DNA from: an uncultured archaeon
GTDB taxonomy: Archaea; Asgardarchaeota; Lokiarchaeia; Sigyniarchaeales; SOKP01
Direction: 5' to 3'
NCBI GenBank assembly: GCA_964508365.1
Contig: CAZDTP010000069.1
Location: 1 to 17,387, forward strand
Length of the DNA: 17,387 nt
In this document: in pieces, positions 8,193 through 15,290 of the stretch
Layout of the letters: every line of letters begins with the position of its first letter
How positions within the stretch are numbered: the stretch's first letter is position 1
The notes under the pieces: generated by a model
The model's input: the letters and a program-made list of their open reading frames with translations, nothing else
Databases searched by the model: none
Told to the model about the DNA's origin: nothing
Translations under genes and position numbers: made by a program

Positions 8193-10547
8193 TTAGCTTT
8201 TAACACATATTAATTTCTCGATATCCTCAAGGATCCTTCGAGGAATCCCCCTAGTTACTATAAATTTGTTCTTTTTCTCTTGCCATAATCGTACAAATTC
8301 TTTAATTTCTGCCCTAAGTATTTCGGGATCGAATTCGAGCGCAGTATGACTGCTAAACGAAAGACATTTTACTTTAAAATGATTAAGGTTACAATGATTT
8401 TTGATTCTTTGTTTAACCATTATTCCGTAGGACGCAATCTGTGGAAGGGATTTATAAATCTCGTACGCGTCTTTTTTGTAATCGCAAACAAATAAAGTAT
8501 CTTCTTTAACCATAATTAAATCTATGTGCCCAGTAAAAAAGGAGTTTTCTTCCTTCAATTCCTTCCAAATAGGCGTCTCTATTGCAATTACATCTCCGTT
8601 ACCTTCTAGTAGTTTCGTTAAAATCGGTTCGTGAAACGAGTTATCGGGGGGAGTTACCCCTTCTTTTTTGTATCTTTTTATTACGTCCTTCGCAATCGCG
8701 CACAATTCGTAGTTCTCGTCGTGCTCTACTTTGTGCTTTAAAGTATCGATTAAATGCTCTTTTATGTTTATGTCAGTTCCAAGCTTTCCTCTCTTTATGG
8801 CGATTAACTGAACGCTCTTATCACCTTTTAATATCAAGTCCGAAGCCCTATATCCCTTCATTTCTTTGAAAAACGAGCGCGGTATGTTCTCTTTTAAAAT
8901 CTCAGTAATTAAATGGGTCAATCCTTTTTTAATCTCAGGGTTAGCGTTTTCTAATTTAGATAAGTTGACTTTAAAGTGATATATTTTGCCCTTGTGGTGA
9001 AAATGCCTGTCGGTTATTAATTTCTTTTTATACTCCTCTTTTTCAGTTCTAAAATAAGCGTTCGAAACGTAGGAATACAGATCGTTAAAACCGTGATAGC
9101 GAATTTTATAACGCTGGATTTGATTTAATGATTTCACAAACTCTTTTTGGGGTAACACAATTCCTCTAAAATAATTTAGGTAAACACAAAGAAATACAGA
9201 AGCGATTAATTTTGGTTGTCTTGAACCAGAAGGTAGATTTTCGTAAAAATCTTCACTCAAACTTTTCTCGTATATTTCTATAACGCTTTCAGCTAAATTC
9301 TTTGAATCGTTGATAATCTGACAATATTCTTTAACGTAATTTGTTACCAATCGAAAATATTCTTTTTCGCTTAGAGATTCCGAAGGCATTAATTTACGAA
9401 TAACCTCGTACTTAGGTCTATGTTTCAGGCGATTGAGAACAAAATTTACTCCTATATTGAACTTAGGGTAACTTATTTTTAACTTTTGAGCAATTTCGTT
9501 TTGTTTTGGTAAGGTCGATTTTCTGTCGTAGGAATCAATCGTGTAAACAATAAAGAGCAAAGCGGAAAAAAAGTGCTTGTACCCAATTTCTTGTTGCTTA
9601 AACGCTTTGTAAAAATTTTTAAACCCAATTATTCTATTGTACTTATCGAAATCGTCCATAAGGCAATCAAATGCTTCTAAAGCCTTAGAAATAAGTTCGT
9701 TGCCTAGATTAAGTTTTCTAGCGTCCGTTAAAAGATTTCTATTCATTAATTTTGAAAACGAGTTAAGGTTTAATTCTGTTTGATTCTCAAGATAAACTTT
9801 CTCGTAATTTAGAACTCGTTCCAAAGTAGAATGAAAGATGTTACACGAGTCGGAAAACATCTTCCTCTTTAGTCGCACGATTTCGGAAAAACTACTTTTA
9901 GTAATCTTCTTATGAGGTTCTACAATTTCTTCTTTCAACAGAATATAATAAAGTATCGAACTCGATACATACGCTGGTTCTTTTATAGGGGAGAGGTCGC
10001 AAAATAATTGCTTAATTGACTTTTTCTTAGATTCAGAATTGAATTTATTTAATAGCTGGTTATACAATTCTATAGATTTATTAAGTAAGGTGTTGTAGTT
10101 CATACTCGTAAGATTAGCGTTAATTATTACGGTACAATAATGGTTTAAATATCTCTTAACCAGAAAATCTAAGTCTAAAAGAGATATGTTTTTACTCGAG
10201 GGAAGGTAAATAACTCCGTATCCATCTATTTTCTTAACCCATTGTAAAACGACGGGAAATACTTTATCTAATCCGCCAATAGAGAACGAATCGAAAAGGC
10301 GAATCACGTCTTTTCTATAAATGACGCCAAAATTACTCTTTCTTATGTTTCTCCAGTTAAGTAAATAGGTAATTAACGCTCCCGCTATATATTTTGGGTG
10401 TTTTACCGTGGTAGGTAAAGCGTTGTAGAACTCTTTAAAAGCAGATTCCTTACTTTCGCAATGTTTTCGAATCGAATCTAAAATAAGATTAAAGAGTACG
10501 AACGCTTCGTTTTTAAAATCGCTATTGAGCCCGTTATTTTTTCCCAT
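8193..10547 (-). CDS. Multi-domain protein: about four TFIIB/TFB-like cyclin boxes plus a C-terminal PD-(D/E)xK nuclease domain
   Basis: Repeats HPKYIAGALITYLL (aa ~50), EPAYVSSSILYYIL, KHFFSALLFIVY...KQNEIAQKLKIS and RQPKLIASVFLCVY...PQKEFVKSL (aa ~443). Nuclease motifs IAIETPIW (E657), TGHIDL (~672), CDYKK (D689) and PQIASY. The frame stays open 47 codons upstream of the annotated ATG. Confidence 0.8.
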   Translation of the reverse strand: MGKNNGLNSDFKNEAFVLFNLILDSIRKHCESKESAFKEFYNALPTTVKHPKYIAGALITYLLNWRNIRKSNFGVIYRKDVIRLFDSFSIGGLDKVFPVVLQWVKKIDGYGVIYLPSSKNISLLDLDFLVKRYLNHYCTVIINANLTSMNYNTLLNKSIELYNQLLNKFNSESKKKSIKQLFCDLSPIKEPAYVSSSILYYILLKEEIVEPHKKITKSSFSEIVRLKRKMFSDSCNIFHSTLERVLNYEKVYLENQTELNLNSFSKLMNRNLLTDARKLNLGNELISKALEAFDCLMDDFDKYNRIIGFKNFYKAFKQQEIGYKHFFSALLFIVYTIDSYDRKSTLPKQNEIAQKLKISYPKFNIGVNFVLNRLKHRPKYEVIRKLMPSESLSEKEYFRLVTNYVKEYCQIINDSKNLAESVIEIYEKSLSEDFYENLPSGSRQPKLIASVFLCVYLNYFRGIVLPQKEFVKSLNQIQRYKIRYHGFNDLYSYVSNAYFRTEKEEYKKKLITDRHFHHKGKIYHFKVNLSKLENANPEIKKGLTHLITEILKENIPRSFFKEMKGYRASDLILKGDKSVQLIAIKRGKLGTDINIKEHLIDTLKHKVEHDENYELCAIAKDVIKRYKKEGVTPPDNSFHEPILTKLLEGNGDVIAIETPIWKELKEENSFFTGHIDLIMVKEDTLFVCDYKKDAYEIYKSLPQIASYGIMVKQRIKNHCNLNHFKVKCLSFSSHTALEFDPEILRAEIKEFVRLWQEKKNKFIVTRGIPRRILEDIEKLICVKS

Positions 10548-10765
10548 TGGAAAGCTTAATTCTATTTCTCTATCCTGTATTTTCCTATTTAAGGCGTCAA
10601 CAAGCTTAGTGATAGATTCCCATACTTTTTTTTCGTATATGTTCGTTTTAAGCAGTATTTTCTCACATCTCGTATTAGTTTCGTTAATTTATAATTCTAT
10701 TTTTAACATAATAAATAAAAAGAGATAATAGATTTATCGTTCATAATGTTCGTACCAACTGAGGC

Positions 10766-11044
10766 TTATATCCCACAATTATTTCGAATTTCTTCCTCGG
10801 AATAAAATTTATCGCATTTAATGCAATAGCAGATATTACTATCTAAAATTTCTAATACCGTATCGCACGCAAAACAATAAACTTTTATCTCTCGGTGGTT
10901 AGTGCTTATTTCTTCTTTTAAATTGTTTAACTTTTGTAATATTCCATTCAAATCTTCCTTATTAAAATAAAAGGGAACGTCATTGTTTTTCTGCAACGCA
11001 AAATAGTCGTTGACTATAGATTTTAAGATTCTAATTTCAGCCAT
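10766..11044 (-). CDS. Small protein with a C-terminal Zn-ribbon (CFAC-x12-CIKC)
   Basis: Two CxxC pairs. The ORF track starts at GTG 11065, but the in-frame ATG at 11044 overlaps the upstream TGA (ATGGCTGA), which fits translational coupling. Confidence 0.65.
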   Translation of the reverse strand: MAEIRILKSIVNDYFALQKNNDVPFYFNKEDLNGILQKLNNLKEEISTNHREIKVYCFACDTVLEILDSNICYCIKCDKFYSEEEIRNNCGI

Positions 11045-11366
11045 CTTCTCGTTTTCCTCTTGCACTGCTATAACCTACTCCTTTTGGCACTTTTATTAAT
11101 CCACAATGACTACATTCAAAGATATCTCCCCGCTTCTCCATGTATTCAATTTGTCCGTTATTATAGCTCGTAGGACAACTTAGACAAACTCTCGCGATTG
11201 AATCAGATTTGTAATCCCTCTCGCAAATAATGTTCCCGTTTTGGTCTAATTGTTCTATTTCATATTCTTTAAGGTCGTAAAACCTTTTAGAATGCTTCAC
11301 GGTTATCTTACGCACCACGCTGTCGTGATACCCGTTCCCGTGCGCCCTTCCAACTTTTATTGACAT
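11037..11366 (-). CDS. Small Zn-ribbon protein (CLSC-x20-CSHC), 109 aa
   Basis: ATG start, two CxxC pairs, and its stop overlaps the next gene's start. Confidence 0.7.
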   Translation of the reverse strand: MSIKVGRAHGNGYHDSVVRKITVKHSKRFYDLKEYEIEQLDQNGNIICERDYKSDSIARVCLSCPTSYNNGQIEYMEKRGDIFECSHCGLIKVPKGVGYSSARGKREDG

Positions 11367-11390
11367 TTTTCTCTTTTCATCTCATTTAAT

Positions 11391-11505
11391 GTTATACTTA
11401 GTGTATACTTAGTATTATACCAAACCTAGTTAAATATCAAAGGGGGGTGTGGATTTTTTGTATTATACCTAAAGTTATAAATAGTATAATAGTTTATGTA
11501 TACCT
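11391..11505. promoter_or_regulatory. Divergent promoter region with clustered TATAC/GTATAC repeats
   Basis: TATAC at 11393, 11404, 11416, 11464 and 11499. TATACTTAG occurs twice 11 bp apart. GTATTATACC occurs at 11412 and 11460. A TATA-like TTATAAATA is at 11475-11483. Confidence 0.55.
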
Positions 11506-11658
11506 ATGGAAAAAGAATTAATTACCATTCTCGTGAAAAAACCCTCAAAAAAAGGAAATAACTACTATTTCAGCATACCAATCGAATTTATTCGCACAGC
11601 AAAAATTGATCCTGAAAAAGACTACGAGATTCACATTTTCTCTATTACTCAAGATTAA
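11506..11658 (+). CDS. 50-aa AbrB/SpoVT-like (swapped-hairpin) putative DNA-binding protein, absent from the ORF track
   Basis: Manual translation gives MEKELITILVKKPSKKGNNYYFSIPIEFIRTAKIDPEKDYEIHIFSITQD*. The pattern KxGNxYYFSIPxxF...IDPxKxYEI fits AbrB-like beta-hairpin proteins. A TATA-like box lies about 25 nt upstream. Confidence 0.8.
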   Translation: MEKELITILVKKPSKKGNNYYFSIPIEFIRTAKIDPEKDYEIHIFSITQD

Positions 11659-11765
11659 ATAGTTGTGTGAAATAAAAAATTAGCAGAGCTCTATTATTTA
11701 TAAGGGTGTATTTTCTTATTTACCGTAAAAACATTGTTTTTTAAAAAGATTAATTGCTAATTGAA

Positions 11766-12917
11766 ATGAAATTAGAAAAAGTAAAACTCTATTATTATGT
11801 TTATCGGGTTACACCGTATTTTATCTTTCTTAATCTCGCACTAAACACCTTGATCAATTTTAATTTTTTTATTTATTTATTAATTACATGTCTTTTAATC
11901 CCAATATTTGTGTTATCTTTAATTCAATATAATGAACTAGAGAAGAAACTGAAAGAAGAAGTAAAATTAGAATTAGATAAACTGGATGAAGCTGCAAAAA
12001 ATGTGGAAACTAGTACTTCTTTGGTCACTCCTGAGTTTGCCCTATCATTTACTAAGGATTATTTCTTTTCTTCCGAAGATAGGGGGGATATTAAGGAGTA
12101 TTTCCTCGAATACTTGCTGGAAAATAAAAAGCAAGAGAGTAAAGCAATATTAACCAGATTTCAAAAAAGTTATTTAACGATTATGCATGAATCTTTAGAA
12201 ATTTTACTTGATTTTCTAAATTTAGAAGAATATAAGTTGAATAAGTTTCTATCTATTAAGAAAAAGCATTACTTCCTTATTTGGTCAACAGTTCAAGTAA
12301 TTGTCATAATTGCAACTTTAGTTTTTGGCTTTTTATTTGCCTTTATTCAATTATCGAACTTTTTTTACGCTACTCTGTTTATTCTCTATTTACTTTTTAA
12401 AGATATTAAAATTTTCGTTAAAGGAAAGTTCCAAAATGGACTTTATAGGTACCAGAAGAATAGAAAAATATTCAATGATTACCAAATAAATTTTAATCTA
12501 TTATGCAACAATCATCGTTTACAATCCTTTAAACAATTTGAGGAGATCGCGCCACTATTAAAATTAGCAAATAAAAAAATTAATTATTATAAGGAAATTA
12601 TACAACCTTACTACTTTTATCTACAAAAATACGAAATCGTTGGTTTTCTAGGAATTCTTGTAGTAATTATATCAGTAATTATTCAAGAGATTATTCACAA
12701 AATGCCCATCACATTTTTTAATTTCGATATTGTTAATATATTCTTCTTTTTACTCCTTTTTTATGGTTTTATAATATTTCCAATAATATACAATAGAAAA
12801 TCGACTCAAATTAATATTCTAGCTGACGAAAAAGGTATAAATCTCAAAGAAAACTTAGAGACACTGAAAGTAACACACTATCAATTCATTTACGACTCTA
12901 AAAATCAAAGTCAATAG
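11766..12917 (+). CDS. Hypothetical polytopic membrane protein (about 6 TM in three hairpins)
   Basis: Three paired hydrophobic stretches separated by charged linkers. The ORF track starts at TTG 11754; the in-frame ATG at 11766 is preferred. Confidence 0.7.
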   Translation: MKLEKVKLYYYVYRVTPYFIFLNLALNTLINFNFFIYLLITCLLIPIFVLSLIQYNELEKKLKEEVKLELDKLDEAAKNVETSTSLVTPEFALSFTKDYFFSSEDRGDIKEYFLEYLLENKKQESKAILTRFQKSYLTIMHESLEILLDFLNLEEYKLNKFLSIKKKHYFLIWSTVQVIVIIATLVFGFLFAFIQLSNFFYATLFILYLLFKDIKIFVKGKFQNGLYRYQKNRKIFNDYQINFNLLCNNHRLQSFKQFEEIAPLLKLANKKINYYKEIIQPYYFYLQKYEIVGFLGILVVIISVIIQEIIHKMPITFFNFDIVNIFFFLLLFYGFIIFPIIYNRKSTQINILADEKGINLKENLETLKVTHYQFIYDSKNQSQ

Positions 12918-13003
12918 TATACCCTTTTTTAGGTAACTTAATTATATTATTTTCTCCTAATCTTAATTTCTAGTCCTATTAATGAGTTACTTTAATACTC
13001 AAC

Positions 13004-13109
13004 AAAATGCACTCCCACCGTGGCGACTCGGGCGCGTCCGCTCCGAAGGGGCGGTAGGACGCCAAGCCACGCATTAAGCGAAGCGCCAATATCAAAGTCG
13101 AAATTTTAA
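13004..13109. repeat. GC-rich palindromic dispersed element, copy 1
   Basis: Near-identical to 17252-17350. Nested stems CGTGGC/GCCACG, GCGTCC/GGACGC and GCTCC-GAA-GGGGC. Weaker homology extends upstream to about 12981. Confidence 0.92.
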
Positions 13110-13330
13110 TTAATAGTAATAATATAAATTCGTAAAGTTGTACAAGGCAATATATATCCTAAAATTTTATTTTATCCATCTATTGGGATCATTATTTAAA
13201 TTACTCATTTACTTTTATACAGTCTAAAAAATGCAAAAATTATTATCTAGTGACAATTATAATTTTAATTAAATGAAATGAAATATAAATCATGAATACA
13301 TTTTAAACGCTAAAGAAGAATTAACATCAT

Positions 13331-14008
13331 GTGATCGTTATGAATTTAAAGCGAAACGAATTTAAGAAAACACAAATTTCAGATAAAACGATCAATTCTT
13401 TAAAGATTGAAAGAGGTTGGCAAGGTAAGGGTTCAAATTTCGAACCAATTATTATTGATGATTTAAGAGATTTACGCCCGAGCTTAAGAATACATCGCAG
13501 TACTCTACATTACAATATTAAGAATCTCATCATCTACAATCTAACATGCCGCTACACCCAAAATATCACGATCGAAAATTGCACGATTTACAAACTTAAA
13601 ATTAAAGGTTGTTATAACATGACTCTATTAAACAATAAAATCTTAAATCATAAAATAGTGAATTCTAAAGGAAACACCTTTATAGGTAATAAACTATCGC
13701 AAATTCAAAAACTTAAAAAGAACGATGATATACCTGCATTCAATCCACTAATTAGGCAGTGGGCAAACCCTCTTACCTGTTTCCTTGCTTTCACAGCAGC
13801 TTCGGCTTTTTTATCGAGAACCGAATACTGGTTTATGGGTTTTATTCCGTTTGGCTTGCTTGCATTAATGAATTATTTCATCTACACTCGGCGTAAGAGA
13901 ATAAAGAATAAAAAAGACAATGTTTATGTTAATAACACTGAGCTTCAAAATAAAAATGCGATCTTAAATGAAATTATACACCATTATAAAGACTTTGATA
14001 AGATTTAA
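13331..14008 (+). CDS. Hypothetical protein: short parallel beta-helix-like domain plus two C-terminal TM helices
   Basis: GWQGKGSNFEPIII resembles the GxGTxxDPYII motif that precedes NosD/CASH beta-helices. Repeats NITIENCTI, NMTLLNNKI and GNTFIGN follow, then two hydrophobic segments. Start is GTG 13331 or ATG 13340. Confidence 0.7.
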   Translation: MIVMNLKRNEFKKTQISDKTINSLKIERGWQGKGSNFEPIIIDDLRDLRPSLRIHRSTLHYNIKNLIIYNLTCRYTQNITIENCTIYKLKIKGCYNMTLLNNKILNHKIVNSKGNTFIGNKLSQIQKLKKNDDIPAFNPLIRQWANPLTCFLAFTAASAFLSRTEYWFMGFIPFGLLALMNYFIYTRRKRIKNKKDNVYVNNTELQNKNAILNEIIHHYKDFDKI

Positions 14009-14356
14009 TATCAAGGTAATTTACTTATAATTTATTGTATATTCTCTATTGTCGGATTAAAAATTCTACTTATTTTTATTGTCTATAATTGGTTTAATAG
14101 CAGTCATGGGAAAATGAGGAAATGGCTATTAATTTAATTCGATGAATTTTAATTACTACAAAATTTAATAGTATTTTTTAAATCAGTTAAATAATAATCA
14201 TTTCTTAAAATTTTCTCAGGTTTAAGAGGAAAATCCTTCGGTTGAATTATAAATTCAAGCTTATGAATTTTAAAAAAACTTACAATCCCCCCATTTAAAT
14301 TGAATTTTTAGTCATGTTATTTAATAAAAAATCGTAATTTAGCAATAAAGCTGTAT

Positions 14357-14367
14357 AAAAAAAAAAA
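14357..14367 (-). terminator. Oligo-T tract after the 170-aa gene
   Basis: An A11 run on + reads T11 on the minus strand, about 9 nt after the stop at 14376. Confidence 0.45.
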
Positions 14368-14375
14368 GTTATTTT

Positions 14376-14888
14376 CTAATATGATATCAAACCCGAATCT
14401 TCAAAAAATTGCCATTTTCCAACTAAATGGTTATAGCATGGTCCAAAAGTGGCTTCAATGTTATCAGAAGCATCATATTCAATTTTTAGCGTTATATCGT
14501 AATAATTAGAGGAATCCCAAATATAAGAAAACCTTCCATGCACTTCATACGTAATTATAATAGGACGATGACATATTGGACAACGATAAATATCAATATT
14601 TTCAGAATATTCTGTCCAACTCCAGTAGTAAGAAAGGGTATCATATTCTTCTGCATGGGACGAAATAAAATAATGTCCACACTCTGGGTCATATGTTCTT
14701 TCTGTTATTATTTCAATTGTAAGCTCCCAACCAAATACCCACCACCAAAGATAAAAATATTCTCCCTTTTTTTCCATCCATGCACCTCTATTATAAGCTT
14801 TGACAGGAAAAGCAAGTAATATTAAAGAGTGTGAAAGAAAGGAAATTATTAATCCTGTTTTAATTTTATTATTGATTTTCATCTTCAA
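14376..14888 (-). CDS. Hypothetical exported, aromatic-rich protein with CPICH and ECGH motifs
   Basis: The N-terminus KINNKIK-TGLIISFLSHSLILLAFPVKA looks like a signal peptide (VKA cleavage-like). The mature part is rich in Trp and Tyr. Start is TTG 14888 or ATG 14882. Confidence 0.7.
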   Translation of the reverse strand: MKMKINNKIKTGLIISFLSHSLILLAFPVKAYNRGAWMEKKGEYFYLWWWVFGWELTIEIITERTYDPECGHYFISSHAEEYDTLSYYWSWTEYSENIDIYRCPICHRPIIITYEVHGRFSYIWDSSNYYDITLKIEYDASDNIEATFGPCYNHLVGKWQFFEDSGLISY

Positions 14889-14977
14889 TACCTTTTTGGT
14901 TAGATAAGGATTTTACTCCTCAAGATAAACTATTAATTATCGTATATTTAAATCTTCTGATAAAATTGTCCAAATTT

Positions 14978-15008
14978 TTTTCGATTCAAAATTATGAAGA
15001 ATCGAAAA
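14978..15008. promoter_or_regulatory. 10-bp perfect inverted repeat, candidate operator
   Basis: TTTTCGATTC-N11-GAATCGAAAA in the divergent intergenic region between the 170-aa gene and the ABC operon. Confidence 0.45.
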
Positions 15009-15290
15009 TTAGATAACTTCGTTAATTAGTTTAAAGGTTGATTAATAGCATCCTTATTTTTATTAACGGATGAATCACTAGATTATTTTCAAGAACAAAG
15101 TAATTGTTAAAGAAAGGATAGTTGAAGCATTTGGAATAACTTTTAATGTAATTCTTTGATTTTTTATTATTATTTTCTCATAGAATATCCAAAAAAACAC
15201 CTAAACCCCATATGAAATCTATTTAAATAAGATTTGTGTAAAAACTCAAGTATTTATTTAATTAAAAACAAAATATTTAGTGACAATAAT

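Noticed and set aside
8193-9020. Nuclease domain as Cas4 or part of a CRISPR-Cas locus
   Set aside because: It lacks the Cas4 four-Cys Fe-S motif, and the window has no other cas genes and no repeat-spacer array.
12982-13077. 31-aa ORF MSYFNTQQNALPPWRLGRVRSEGAVGRQATH across repeat copy 1
   Set aside because: The frame is not conserved in copy 2, where the equivalent ATG reads a different, shorter peptide. The element is unlikely to be coding.
12981-13109. Repeat as an HDV-like ribozyme
   Set aside because: Partial resemblance exists (a TCC-containing loop, GG, a P4-like stem and CAA), but I could not complete P1 and P2 together on either strand in both copies. An Infernal search would settle this.
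12915-13109. Repeat as a SECIS- or PYLIS-type recoding element, since both upstream genes end in TAG
   Set aside because: Readthrough would add only 4-6 residues before the next stop, the upstream genes have no internal TGA or TAG, and no AUGA/GA kink-turn geometry is present.
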